NCBI GenBank assembly: GCA_050633305.1
Contig: JBOEGF010000001.1
Coordinates: 160,001 to 224,000, forward strand
Direction of reading: 5' to 3'
Length of the DNA: 64,000 bases
Source: Nannocystales bacterium
GTDB lineage: Bacteria; Myxococcota_A; Polyangia; Nannocystales; Nannocystaceae
Positions 27,205-37,220 of this stretch are shown here, piece by piece (position 1 is the first letter of the stretch; the number at the start of each line of letters is the position of its first letter). Both the position numbers and the translations under genes were made by a program. Below the pieces are notes generated by a model. That model was not told where the DNA came from. It saw nothing but the letters and a program-made list of their open reading frames with translations, and did no database searches.

Positions 27205-28587
27205 ATGTTCTCCGCGCTCGCATCCACCTTTGCTCAGGTCGCGCTCGCGGCCTTCTTGTCGTTCGCCGACCCCCTGTCCTTCGAGTACTCGGGGCAGACC
27301 GATAGCAACGGGAAGGCCTTCTTGGTGGTCAAAGCCAACCAGCCGATCGACGATGTACAGGTTGTGATCAGCGGCGATGGCCAGACCGTCAAAAAGTCGC
27401 TGGGGTCGATGAAGTCCGGGCAGACGGCCAAGGTGGTCTGGAAGCAGGGCTCCAGCCGCGCGAAATATCAGCTCGACGTCGAAGGAGAGGGCGTGGAGGC
27501 CAACTTTGCGTTCGAGATCGTCAAGGCGGTCGCGGGCAAGAAATCCGGCGGAAAACTCGGCCAGTTCAAGGTCCGCAGCAGTCGCGAGGACGTGATCAAG
27601 CGAAACACCGCCGAGTTCGAGACCACGTTCGACCTCACCTCGTACGAGTACAAGATCTACGACTCGGATGGCGAGGTCATGGATGCCCAGACCGTCCCCG
27701 AGGGGGTCAAGGCGGGCGAGGCCATCACCATCAAATGGGCGACCGCCGGCGAGGTGTTCATGATCTTCGTCCGTGGAGAGGACGAGTTCGGTCGTTTCAC
27801 CGAGTACAAGCTCGTGCCCTGGGCGGTCGAAATCCCGCACACCGAGATCAACTTCGACAGCGGCAAGTTCGACGTCAAGACCGACGAGGCGGCCAAGCTC
27901 GACGAGGCCCTCGCTGTCGCATTTCACGAGTTGGTCGCCTTGGACAAGGTCAACAAGGCCGTCGGTGCCAACCTCACGCCCAAGCTCTACATCGTGGGTT
28001 ACACCGACACGGTCGGCGGAGCCAGCGGCAACCAGAAACTCTCGAACAGTCGGTCGAAGGCGATCGCCGAGTACTTCCGCGACCGCGGGTTCTGGGCAGA
28101 GATTCACTATGCGGGAATGGGCGAGCGCGGGCTTCGGGTGGAGACGGGAGACGGGGTTGACGAGGTCCGGAACCGCCGAGCGCTGTATCTGCTGGGCGTC
28201 CAGCAGCCGGCAGGCGGCGGACAGATCCCGACTCGCTGGGCCCGGCTGATCGGCCAGCGGACGCAGCCCGCGGGGTTCGTGTTGCCCGAGCTCCCGGAGC
28301 GGTGGAAGAACTACCGCGAAGATCGGCAAGCGGAAGCCGCCTCTCAGAGCGAAGCCGAGGTCACGCCGGACGAAGGCGGGGATGGGTTGCCGAGCCGTTC
28401 GAGCGACGGCCTGATCGGTGAGACGGGGGACGAAACGCCAGAGTTCGAGTCCGGGGACGAGAATCCGCCCGAGATCGAAGGGGAGCCCGGCGCAACCAAG
28501 AAAGGCTGTTCCGTCTCCGGCGACGCCCCGCCAGCGCTGGGACTGCTGGTCCTGTTCGCGCTGGGCATGATGCGCCGACGGGACTAG
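27205..28587 (+). CDS. OmpA-like domain protein with MYXO-CTERM sorting tail
   Basis: Signal peptide; INFDSGK, IVGYTDTVG..NQKLSNSR, NRRA; ends KKGCSVSG...LGLLVLFALGMMRRRD. Confidence 0.85.
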   Translation: MFSALASTFAQVALAAFLSFADPLSFEYSGQTDSNGKAFLVVKANQPIDDVQVVISGDGQTVKKSLGSMKSGQTAKVVWKQGSSRAKYQLDVEGEGVEANFAFEIVKAVAGKKSGGKLGQFKVRSSREDVIKRNTAEFETTFDLTSYEYKIYDSDGEVMDAQTVPEGVKAGEAITIKWATAGEVFMIFVRGEDEFGRFTEYKLVPWAVEIPHTEINFDSGKFDVKTDEAAKLDEALAVAFHELVALDKVNKAVGANLTPKLYIVGYTDTVGGASGNQKLSNSRSKAIAEYFRDRGFWAEIHYAGMGERGLRVETGDGVDEVRNRRALYLLGVQQPAGGGQIPTRWARLIGQRTQPAGFVLPELPERWKNYREDRQAEAASQSEAEVTPDEGGDGLPSRSSDGLIGETGDETPEFESGDENPPEIEGEPGATKKGCSVSGDAPPALGLLVLFALGMMRRRD

Positions 28588-28681
28588 CCGACGGAGCAAG
28601 AGGTTTGTGTCCGGGAAGGCGGCCGATTCGTGGTGATGACCGCCACGGGCGGAGTCCGCCATTCGCGCGTAGTCTGTCTCC

Positions 28682-29464
28682 ATGAACTATCGGTTGGGGT
28701 TGTTGGGGGTGTTGGTGGTCCTTCCTTCGGTCGGTTGTGGAGAGGAGCCGCAGCCAGACGAGGTCGAGATCAACCTCGAGACTGTCGAGCGCGCCTTCGA
28801 ACCGCTCGAATACGACAGCGGATGGGTGGAGGTGGCCACCGGCATCTCGGTCCAGCTGGTGGCGTCGCTGGAGACCGAAGTGGAGCAGACGGCCACCGTG
28901 CTGGCTCGGGGCGCCGAGCTCGAGCCGCAGCCGGACAGTGGGACGTTCCTGATCCGCGGCACGCTCGACATCGAGCTGTTCGCCGACGTGGACTCGAACG
29001 GTCAGGTTTTCCAGGGCTCGCTGGGGACGTCTTCAGTGTCGGTCGAGTCGGAGCTGGCCACCTACGACCCCTTCCTGATCATGGAGTCGATCGTACCGCT
29101 GCTGAACACCCAGCAGCCCGGAGACGCCACGTTCAAGGAGGGGTTGCTGTCCTACCGGGTGCAGAACGGGTTTCGGATCTTGCCGACGTTGGAGGGCGTG
29201 TGTGTGGCGGTCGACGAGGATCGCGAGGTCATGCAGTACGTCAACGAGCTGGCATGGGAGGTCGAGTACGGCCCCAGCATCTGGGTTGGGCTCGACACGC
29301 CGTTGGGCGCACCGAGCCGGCTCGGTGAGGCTGGCATCACATTCTCGGCCGAGCTCACACCTCCGCGTCAGTTCGACCTTGGCACTCACGCGCTGGACAA
29401 CGGAGCTGCGGTTGACGGTGTGGGGCCCTGCGGAGCGGTCGTGGACGGCGAACTCGTGGAGTGA
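28682..29464 (+). CDS. hypothetical lipoprotein
   Basis: Lipobox SVGC; beta-rich body. Confidence 0.65.
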   Translation: MNYRLGLLGVLVVLPSVGCGEEPQPDEVEINLETVERAFEPLEYDSGWVEVATGISVQLVASLETEVEQTATVLARGAELEPQPDSGTFLIRGTLDIELFADVDSNGQVFQGSLGTSSVSVESELATYDPFLIMESIVPLLNTQQPGDATFKEGLLSYRVQNGFRILPTLEGVCVAVDEDREVMQYVNELAWEVEYGPSIWVGLDTPLGAPSRLGEAGITFSAELTPPRQFDLGTHALDNGAAVDGVGPCGAVVDGELVE

Positions 29465-29482
29465 GCCTCCGGACGCTGGGCG

Positions 29483-31045
29483 CTACTGCTCCAATCCGTG
29501 GGGCCACGTCTGCACGCTTGCGCGGAGCGTCGCCAAGGTCGTTTCGACCGGCTTGGAGGTATCGAGCACAACGTGTTCGTCGACAGGGAGTTCGTCGATG
29601 CTCTCCCACTTGGCGACGAAGTCATCGAAGATCTCCAACCGGCCGTCGCTGACCGAGGCTCGTTTTGCGCGCTCGTGCAGCCGATCCTTGGCGATTGCGT
29701 AGTCGATACGGCACTCGACCAGGCGGAACGGAACCCCGTGCTGCGCCGCAAGCTCCCGAGCCCGTCCTCGGAGCGCTCGGCTTCGGAAAGAAGCGTCGAC
29801 GATGACCGGTCGGCCCGAACGGAGCACAACACCGCCGCGGCGGAACACTTCGGCATAGACCTCCTCGGTGAACTTGGGGTCGTAGGCGCCCTGCCAGGAC
29901 CCATCGTGCACGGGCTGCGTCGCTCGAACCCCGATCATCTGCTTTCGGGTCCGGTCGGCGTCGACCACCGGGGCGCTCATCTCTTGGCTCAGACGGCCGC
30001 TGATCGTGCTCTTCCCGCTGGCGATGACGCCACCGACAGCGACGACACAAGGGCCCAGCAGTGCCTGCCGACCGGAGGCGAGCGCGAGCATCAAGCAGCG
30101 GCGAGCCGACGCGATGGCGCGAGAACGGTGGACCGAATCCACGCTGAGGTCGTCGGCAACAAATGATGCGATCTTGCCGCGGACGAACGCTCGGTACCCT
30201 TCGTAGAAATCCAGGACCTCGTACAGGTCGAAGTCGCCGCTGGCCTTGGCGTACTCGGCGACCAAGTGCTCGCTCAGCTCCACGTGCCCGTGCGCGCTGA
30301 GATCCATGGCGAGGAAAGCCAGGTCCGAGGCGACGTCCGCGTAGCGGAATCGATCGTTGAACTCGATGCAGTCCAGCACGGTGATGGAACCGTCGTCGCC
30401 CAAGTAGACGTGCTCGAGGCGGAGGTCGCCGTGTCCATCCCGGACCCGGCCCGCTTCGATGCGGGCGTCGAACCGCTCCGCTCGTCGCTGTACGGAGGTC
30501 AGTTGTGCTTCGGTGAGTTCGAGGATCTGAGACTCGCTCAGGTAGCGGCGCAGAGGGGTCTGGGCGAAGTTCTCCCGGACGTTGGTGGCGATCGCATCGG
30601 CGGTGCCGAACGCCGAGGTCTCTGCATCACTGCGCGCTTGGGCATGAAACTCGGCCAGGCGCTCTGCGATACGGGTGATGTCGGAGGGGTTCAGCCGGCC
30701 CTGAGCCAGGCGAATGTCCGCGCGATCGCTGTCGTCGAGTCGGCGCATGTGGACGGCCCACTCGACGACCTCTCCGTCGCCTTCGAGGCTGAGTCGTTCT
30801 CCGTCACGTCGAACGGGGACAACACCGAGGTAGACGTCGGATGCGAGCCTGCGGTTGAGTTCGACCTCGCGCTCACAGGCGGCCTTGCGTCGCGCCAGGG
30901 TGGAGAAATCGAGGAAGCCGAGTTCGACCGGCTTCTTGATCTTGAGGACGTCGGTCTCCCGGAGCAACACCCAGGAGATGTGCGTCTCAAGAAGCTCCAC
31001 CGACTCTGAGGTGAGGTCGCGAAGGATGTCGTCGCGGGTGATCAC
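29483..31045 (-). CDS. bifunctional aminoglycoside-phosphotransferase-like / P-loop (AAA_33) kinase
   Basis: ETHISW, KIKKPV, ELNRRLA, HGDL, DCIEFN; C-terminal GVIASGKST. Confidence 0.88.
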   Translation of the reverse strand: MITRDDILRDLTSESVELLETHISWVLLRETDVLKIKKPVELGFLDFSTLARRKAACEREVELNRRLASDVYLGVVPVRRDGERLSLEGDGEVVEWAVHMRRLDDSDRADIRLAQGRLNPSDITRIAERLAEFHAQARSDAETSAFGTADAIATNVRENFAQTPLRRYLSESQILELTEAQLTSVQRRAERFDARIEAGRVRDGHGDLRLEHVYLGDDGSITVLDCIEFNDRFRYADVASDLAFLAMDLSAHGHVELSEHLVAEYAKASGDFDLYEVLDFYEGYRAFVRGKIASFVADDLSVDSVHRSRAIASARRCLMLALASGRQALLGPCVVAVGGVIASGKSTISGRLSQEMSAPVVDADRTRKQMIGVRATQPVHDGSWQGAYDPKFTEEVYAEVFRRGGVVLRSGRPVIVDASFRSRALRGRARELAAQHGVPFRLVECRIDYAIAKDRLHERAKRASVSDGRLEIFDDFVAKWESIDELPVDEHVVLDTSKPVETTLATLRASVQTWPHGLEQ

Positions 31046-31181
31046 GACGCGAGCCTACCCGGATGGCGTCGGTGCGGGGTGCGGGGTGACGCAACACCGA
31101 GGTGAGGTCAGGGGCCCCGCGTGTTCGCAGGGGGATCCTCCCGAGAGGGAGGCAGGATGAGCTTGGGGAGCCGCCGAACCT

Positions 31182-31880
31182 TCACGCCGCGACGTCTTTG
31201 GGAAACTTCCGGACCCGCCACAGGTGTCGAACGCCGCCACGCACCGTGCGCGGCATCCGGGTGAAGTAGCGCATGGCCGAGGGAACGGTGCCGAAGGTGC
31301 GCTCGACCTCCTCGAACTTGCCTTCGATGTTCTCGCGTCGCAGCGGGCTCACCTGTGGGTTGCGTCGGTACTCGGCCAGGTGGTCCAGGAGGCGTGCGTG
31401 ATACTCGGGGTCCTCGACGATGGCGCGGATCGACTCCGCGCGAGGGTGGGTGCCGTCGAGGATGGTCTTGATCTGCCGCTCCATCTCGTCGAGGCCGTCC
31501 TCGAACGAGGCGAGCAGCTGAAAGTCGTAGTGCGGGTTGGCGTGCACCACCTGCATAACGTGGCCGATGATGGCGTCGCGGGTGCTGTTGAAGCCGGTGG
31601 GGTCGATCAGCGAGGCCGGGTCATCGAGGAATCGCAGCAGCGTGTGGAACCGGAAGTTGATGCCCTTGCCGTCGTAGTAGTCCGCCGCGGCCGGGACGAT
31701 GAAGAAGCGCAGCATGTCGAGCGCACCGACCATCCTCTGCGTTCGGTTGGGGATCTCCTCGATGTAGCCGAGCCGCTTGAGACGCTGAAGCCGTGGGAGA
31801 ACGTTCTCGTCGCGGCCGTACTCGAGCAGTGCTGTGCGAAGTTTGCGCACTTTCTCCCGAAACTCCTTCGGGCTGCCCAT
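31182..31880 (-). CDS. hypothetical protein
   Basis: Strong GC3 codon bias and globular composition. No motif recognised; start uncertain. Confidence 0.7.
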   Translation of the reverse strand: MGSPKEFREKVRKLRTALLEYGRDENVLPRLQRLKRLGYIEEIPNRTQRMVGALDMLRFFIVPAAADYYDGKGINFRFHTLLRFLDDPASLIDPTGFNSTRDAIIGHVMQVVHANPHYDFQLLASFEDGLDEMERQIKTILDGTHPRAESIRAIVEDPEYHARLLDHLAEYRRNPQVSPLRRENIEGKFEEVERTFGTVPSAMRYFTRMPRTVRGGVRHLWRVRKFPKDVAA

Positions 31881-32108
31881 GGTTTGCTTCACAAGCACCC
31901 AGGGCTCCTCGGAAAGACGGATGGGGGCTTCGTTCGCGGCGCGTTCCACTGAACTAACCCTAACGTCGCGAACGCGGTGTGCAACCCGTTGCGCACTCAA
32001 CCGTGCCACAAATCTGTGTCACGGTCGAAACCGATCCTGCGCGCGGAACGCTGCGTGTGTCGCGCATCGGCCCGGATCCCGTGAGAGACCGATCGGCGCT
32101 CTAGGACA

Positions 32109-32612
32109 CTAGGGGCTTTGTTCGGCGAGCCGGCGGTTCATCCAAACCGCGGACTTGTCCCAACCATCCACCATGTTGGTCTCGGCGGCGCGTTCGGCCA
32201 AGGATCCGACGCCGAAGATCTTGATGCGCACCTGGTGCGCGCTGATCCGAAGGCACTTGTTGTCGCCCAGCGGTTTGGTGGTCACATCGCCACCGAGCGA
32301 GATCCGATCGGTGAGGACGCTGAGTCGGAGGTCGTAGCGCCAGCGCTGCTCTTTGGGGTGCCAGACGCCCGCTTCGGTGTAGCCCAGCTTGGGTCCGAGA
32401 ATCTTGGCGACCGCGGCCGGAAGGACGAGCTTGGGCGTGACCTGCATCGGGCGAAGCTTCGTCTCGCCGGAGTCGGTCAGTGGACCGACCTCGCAAGCTG
32501 CGAATCCGAGGCCCTCGACGATCATGTCGCGGGTGAAGACGGGCTCGAGGAACAGCTCCCAGAAGCGTTCTTCGGAGCAATCGATCTCGTGCTCGAGGGT
32601 GAAGTTCAGCAC
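32109..32612 (-). CDS. DUF2505/START-like protein
   Basis: FTLEHEIDCS..FW, LPAAVAKILG..GYTE, IKIFGVGSLAE pattern. Confidence 0.65.
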   Translation of the reverse strand: MLNFTLEHEIDCSEERFWELFLEPVFTRDMIVEGLGFAACEVGPLTDSGETKLRPMQVTPKLVLPAAVAKILGPKLGYTEAGVWHPKEQRWRYDLRLSVLTDRISLGGDVTTKPLGDNKCLRISAHQVRIKIFGVGSLAERAAETNMVDGWDKSAVWMNRRLAEQSP

Positions 32613-32637
32613 GGGCGCACGGTATCAGGCCGCCTCG

Positions 32638-34188
32638 TTACTTGCATCGCTCGGTCCATTCGCTCGCGACCCCACCGACCTCGAGCACCACAACCGAGGC
32701 TCGACGCGGGGGTCGAACCTGGCTGTAGTGCGGATCGTCGAACGAGGCGACTTGGCGGACCGCGAACGGAGGGGAAAACAGGCGGCCCCAGTCGGCTGGG
32801 ACGACCAGGTGCGTGGGTTGCTCGCGGACGAAGACACACAGCTTCGCCTCGCGGTTGGTGTGGGCGTGTGCGGCCGCGCCGTGGTTGAGACCGACGAGAT
32901 CGACGATGCGAACGGAGCGGGGGGTGAAGAACCGGTGCGCTCCTGCGCCCTCGACCGCGATGACGGCGTCCGGCGGAAGGTTTTCCGTGAGCCAGCTCGA
33001 CACTGCGGTGTGGAGAACACGCGTGTCTTCGGTGTGCTCGACCAACTGGGCCCGCAGCTGCCAGATCTGCAAGCCGGTCAGTCCGGCGATCGGGAGCAAT
33101 GCTCCGAATGCCGCGACCCGGATCCACCGCCGCGCTTCAGGCCGAAGGGCGGTCAGTCCGAGCGGGAGGACCACAAGCGGCAGGGGAGCCAGCGGGGTGA
33201 AGTAGCGCGACTCGAAGAACAGCACGCCGGGGTGAAGGGGGCGGCTCACGGCGATGGCGATCGACGTCGCTACGAACGCGAGGATGAGTCCCCATGCTCC
33301 GCTCTGTTTGGCTCGCGTCTCCTCGCGCAGGGCGAACGCGATGAGGGCAACCCCGGTCAGCGAGAGCAGCCACGGTTGCCACACGAGCACTTCGTCGCGC
33401 AGGTACGCCAGGCCGCTCCATCCTCCGCCGGTGCCCTTGATGTACTGCGCGTTGGGCCACGGGTGCCCGGACACGGCGAGGCAGTACCCGACCCACAGGG
33501 CAAGGCCGAGCACGGCACCGCACACGGCCCAGCCCGCCGCACGGACCCGGGGGTTCTCGGAACGATGCCGCCATTGCGTCGCCCCGAGCACGACACCGAA
33601 CGCAACGACTGCCCCGAGGAGTTCTGGGCGAGCCCACGTGCTCAGGAGACCCATCGCGGCGGCAACGATGGCTCGCCCGCGTAAAACCTCCCGAACGGTC
33701 GCCAGCAACACGAACGCGGCGAGCGGAACCTCCATCCCGCTCGTTGCCGCTTGCAGCAACGTGGGGGAGCACGCGACGAGGACGCCTCCGAGCATGGCGA
33801 GGGAGGCGAGGGGGACCGGGTGCTCGGGCTCGGTCCGGCGGCGCGCCAACTCCAGCGTGACCAGGGCGCCCATCCAACTCGTCGCGGCGTGCAGCAGCGC
33901 GCCGAGCAACTTGACCGGGATGATGGGGTTGCCCGCGATGGGCCACACGCCCAACGCCAGCACCCAAAGCGGGGAGGAAAAGCCGGTCTCGAGGTCACCG
34001 GGGTTGTAGGAAAGCCCGTCCCCGGCCCGCAGACTCTTGGCGTAGGCGAGGTGAATCCACGCGTCGTCGAGGGCGAAGTCCCGAGTCTCCCAGATCATGA
34101 CGGCCGCGAGGCCGAACCCGACCAGGGCGCTGATGAATGCGATGGACGACTCGGTGCGGTGAGCACTGTCGCGGGCGTCGGGAGGCAT
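32638..34188 (-). CDS. GT-C fold membrane glycosyltransferase-like protein
   Basis: DDAWIHLAYA...G.GLSYNPG...GFSSPLW, SGMEVPL, RPE, many TM helices, DLVGL. Confidence 0.7.
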   Translation of the reverse strand: MPPDARDSAHRTESSIAFISALVGFGLAAVMIWETRDFALDDAWIHLAYAKSLRAGDGLSYNPGDLETGFSSPLWVLALGVWPIAGNPIIPVKLLGALLHAATSWMGALVTLELARRRTEPEHPVPLASLAMLGGVLVACSPTLLQAATSGMEVPLAAFVLLATVREVLRGRAIVAAAMGLLSTWARPELLGAVVAFGVVLGATQWRHRSENPRVRAAGWAVCGAVLGLALWVGYCLAVSGHPWPNAQYIKGTGGGWSGLAYLRDEVLVWQPWLLSLTGVALIAFALREETRAKQSGAWGLILAFVATSIAIAVSRPLHPGVLFFESRYFTPLAPLPLVVLPLGLTALRPEARRWIRVAAFGALLPIAGLTGLQIWQLRAQLVEHTEDTRVLHTAVSSWLTENLPPDAVIAVEGAGAHRFFTPRSVRIVDLVGLNHGAAAHAHTNREAKLCVFVREQPTHLVVPADWGRLFSPPFAVRQVASFDDPHYSQVRPPRRASVVVLEVGGVASEWTERCK

Positions 34189-34526
34189 GGGCGGTTCCGC
34201 AGCGTCCGCTCTTGGGACGGACGCACGTCAGCCCCCAAGGTGGCAGAGCCTCCCACCAAAATGAAGGCATCACGCGCATCTTCCTTGCGTTCCGGATCGG
34301 AGACCGGCATAACAGAGAGGCACAGGACACGGAGCGCGCCGGGGGGCTTGCAAACGTGTCCATTGCAGACAACATCTCTGCGAGGTTTCGGACAGCACGC
34401 TTGTGCTGAGATGCGGCTCAAGCCGTATCACCGCGGAGTACCAAGATTTGTGAACACCTGTTGCAGGGTTTCCCACCGGGAGTCAGCGCCAACTCTGGCG
34501 CACCTCGATCCCGCTGGAGAATCCCC

Positions 34527-35390
34527 ATGTTCGATTTCGCTTCCGAAAAAGGCTTCAAGCAATACCTCGCTTCCATTGAGCGCTACCCCAAGCTGGACCG
34601 CGCCGGTGAACTGTCCCTGGCGACCGCCTATCACGCTGGGGACAAGTCCAAGGGAGACCTTCTCGTCTCCTGCAACCTCCGCTTCGTGGTGAAGATCGCC
34701 GTCGGCTACTGCGGCTACGGCTTCAAGCTCAGCGACCTGGTCGCCGAGGGCAACATTGGTCTGCTCCAGGCTGTTCGGCGCTTTGAGCCCGAAAGGGGTC
34801 TTCGCTTCATGACCTACGCGTCGTACTGGGTTCGTGCCCACGTGCTCTCGTACATCCTCAAGCACTGGAGCCTCGTCGGTGTCGGCACTGGACCCATGCA
34901 GAGCAAGCTGTTCTTCCGCCTGCAGCGGGAGAAGGCCAAACTCCTCGCCCGGACCGGGTCGAGCGAGAACATCACCGCCAAGCTGGCCGAGACCTTCCAG
35001 TGCACCGAGGACCGCATCCGTCGCATGGAGCAGCGTATCGACGGCCGCGACCTGTCTCTGGACGCGAAGGCGTACCGCGATGGCACCGTGTCGATTCTCG
35101 AGACGCTCGAGGGCACCGGCGCGTCACAAGAGACGACTCTGTCCCGCACCGAGGTCTCCTCTCTCGTGCGAGAGCGGGTCGAGGAAGCACTGACGCGCTT
35201 CGACCAGCGCGAGCAGGTCATCGTCCGCGAGCGGCTCCTCGGAGCCCAGAAACGCACGCTCTCGGACCTCGGCCAACAGCTCGGCCTCTCGCGAGAGCGC
35301 GTCCGTCAGCTCGAGCAGCGTGTCAAAGGCAAGCTGCGTCGCACACTCGCTGACCTGGCTCCTCAAGAGTCCTACCTCGAAGCTGCCTGA
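34527..35390 (+). CDS. RNA polymerase sigma factor, sigma-32 (RpoH/SigB/C/E-like) family
   Basis: NLRFVVKIA, DLVAEGNIGL, RFMTYASYW, RpoH-box-like QSKLFFRL, LSRERVRQLE; GGAGA RBS upstream. Confidence 0.9.
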   Translation: MFDFASEKGFKQYLASIERYPKLDRAGELSLATAYHAGDKSKGDLLVSCNLRFVVKIAVGYCGYGFKLSDLVAEGNIGLLQAVRRFEPERGLRFMTYASYWVRAHVLSYILKHWSLVGVGTGPMQSKLFFRLQREKAKLLARTGSSENITAKLAETFQCTEDRIRRMEQRIDGRDLSLDAKAYRDGTVSILETLEGTGASQETTLSRTEVSSLVRERVEEALTRFDQREQVIVRERLLGAQKRTLSDLGQQLGLSRERVRQLEQRVKGKLRRTLADLAPQESYLEAA

Positions 35391-35422
35391 GCCCGCGGAT
35401 TCTCCAACCACTCCGATCGAGG

Positions 35423-35458
35423 AACGCCCTCGGTGCCATGGGCATCGAGGGCGTTTTC
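35423..35458 (+). terminator. hairpin terminator between the convergent sigma and PP2C genes
   Basis: AACGCCCTCGGTGCC/GGCATCGAGGGCGTT stem ending in TTTT. Confidence 0.7.
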
Positions 35459-35485
35459 GTGTCTCCGAACCGAAGGCCGGGCGGG

Positions 35486-36247
35486 CTACTCGTCGTCGAG
35501 CTCGATGGTGAGCACGGTGATGTTGTCCTTGCCACCGCAGTCGTTGGCAAACCGGACCGCCTCGAGCGTTGCGTCCTCCACATCCATGTCGCGGAAGAAC
35601 GCCATGTCAGAGGGCTGTTCCGCGTACCCATGAAATCCGTCCGAGCAGAGGATGATTCGGTCGCCCGCGAACAAGGGGATCGGGAGGGTGTCGACCTCGA
35701 CGTAGTCTTTGTGGCCGACCGCTCGCGTGATGACGTTCTTTGCCCGCGAGGTCTGAGCCTGCTCGGGCGTGATCAGCCCGTGCTTGAGCTGGTAGTTGAT
35801 CAGCGTGTGGTCCTCGGTGAGCTGGGCGACCTCGCCCTTGCGCACCAAGTAGACGCGCGAGTCTCCGACCTGGCCGACCACGCCGATGCCCCCGCACACC
35901 AAGAAGACGGAGGCGGTTGTGCTCATGCCCCGTTGCTCGGGGTCGAGCTCGCCCATGCTGTGGATCATGTAGCAAGCGTTCTGGATCGCACCGCGCACGA
36001 GCTGGGTCAGTTGGCCCACGCGAGCTGCCGCGTCCCCCGCTGCGATCTCATGGATGAGGGACTCGTTGCGCTTGAGCCATTCCCAGATCAGCTCGACTGT
36101 CTCCTGGGAGGCGACTTCGCCTTTGGCTCGGCCGCCGACGCCGTCGGCGACAACGAAGACGCCCAGGTCGGGGTCTGCGAGGTGCGAGTCCTCGTTGTGC
36201 TCACGGGAGAGCCCAACGTCGGTGTGTCCGAAATAGCGGATCTGCAT
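35486..36247 (-). CDS. PP2C family Ser/Thr phosphatase
   Basis: TDVGLSREHNED, VADGVGG, VGDSRVY, LCSDG, GGKDNITV. Confidence 0.92.
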   Translation of the reverse strand: MQIRYFGHTDVGLSREHNEDSHLADPDLGVFVVADGVGGRAKGEVASQETVELIWEWLKRNESLIHEIAAGDAAARVGQLTQLVRGAIQNACYMIHSMGELDPEQRGMSTTASVFLVCGGIGVVGQVGDSRVYLVRKGEVAQLTEDHTLINYQLKHGLITPEQAQTSRAKNVITRAVGHKDYVEVDTLPIPLFAGDRIILCSDGFHGYAEQPSDMAFFRDMDVEDATLEAVRFANDCGGKDNITVLTIELDDE

Positions 36248-36287
36248 CCAGCGTCGAAGGTACCACGGCGGCCTGCCAACCAACCGC

Positions 36288-37220
36288 TCAAGACTGGGAC
36301 CAACCGGGCGCGGGCGCGACGATGAGCGGCTCGGCGGGCTCGAGCTGGAACGCCCAGGCGTGCAGCAAAACCTGCGCGTCTCCCGGGGCGCACCCGTACA
36401 GTCCGTCGCCCTCGAGCGGGAGTCCGAGGCTCGCCATATGAACCCGGATCTGATGGCGTCGACCGGTGAGCAACTCGATGGCGAAAACCGCTCCGTCCGC
36501 ATTCAGTGGCCAGATCCGCGATGCCGCGGGCGACCCTCCGTCATCGGCTTCGATCCGCCGTCCGCGTGGACCGGTGGAGATCAGGGGCCAGGTCACGCGC
36601 GTGCCCTCCTGGCTCGGTGGGTCGAGTGACGTGCCCGTGGGCCAGCGGGGCCGATCAGCGTGAATCCGCACGTGCGCTGAAGGTGGGGGCGGCCACGTTT
36701 TCGCCGGCTGCTCGACGCGCGCGAGATAGAGCTTCCACGCGTTGGCGATCGCTTCTCGACCTTCGCGCCAGGCCGTGGCCGATCGGGCGAACGCGACGAC
36801 ACCCGAGGTCGATACGTCCAGTCGGTGGAGCGCTCCACACTCTCGGGGGTCAGGGCTGGCTTCCGCGCACGCAGGTTCCACGCCGCGGGCCACGTCGGCG
36901 AGCGTCGGCGGGTCGTCTGGGCGGAGACGGACGGTGTGAAGTCCCGCGGGTTTGTGCAGGTAGACAAAGCGCTCTGTCAGCCCGAGCACATCGGCCGTCG
37001 GTGTCGCGACTTCGGGTTGCGCAGTGGGAAGCCGCACCTCGACAGCTTCGCCGGCGCGAACGAGATGGGCGCCCGGGACGACGCGCCCTGCACAGCGGAT
37101 GTGTCCCTCGCGCGCGAGCGTCTTCGCCAGTCGTCTCGAGACCTCCGGGAGCACACGGGCCACGAACGCATCGATGCGGCTTCCTTCGTCCGCCTCGGTG
37201 ACTGTCAGCGTCTTGTACAC
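36288..37220 (-). CDS. RluA family RNA pseudouridine synthase with S4 domain
   Basis: RIDAFV (S4), KPAG, HRLDVSTSG, TGRRHQIRVH, GDGLYG, LLHAW. Confidence 0.88.
   Translation of the reverse strand: MYKTLTVTEADEGSRIDAFVARVLPEVSRRLAKTLAREGHIRCAGRVVPGAHLVRAGEAVEVRLPTAQPEVATPTADVLGLTERFVYLHKPAGLHTVRLRPDDPPTLADVARGVEPACAEASPDPRECGALHRLDVSTSGVVAFARSATAWREGREAIANAWKLYLARVEQPAKTWPPPPSAHVRIHADRPRWPTGTSLDPPSQEGTRVTWPLISTGPRGRRIEADDGGSPAASRIWPLNADGAVFAIELLTGRRHQIRVHMASLGLPLEGDGLYGCAPGDAQVLLHAWAFQLEPAEPLIVAPAPGWSQS

Noticed and set aside
31993..32008. Sigma-54-like TGGCACGGTTGAGTGC upstream of the 31880 gene
   Set aside because: GG-to-GC spacing is 11 rather than the required 10.
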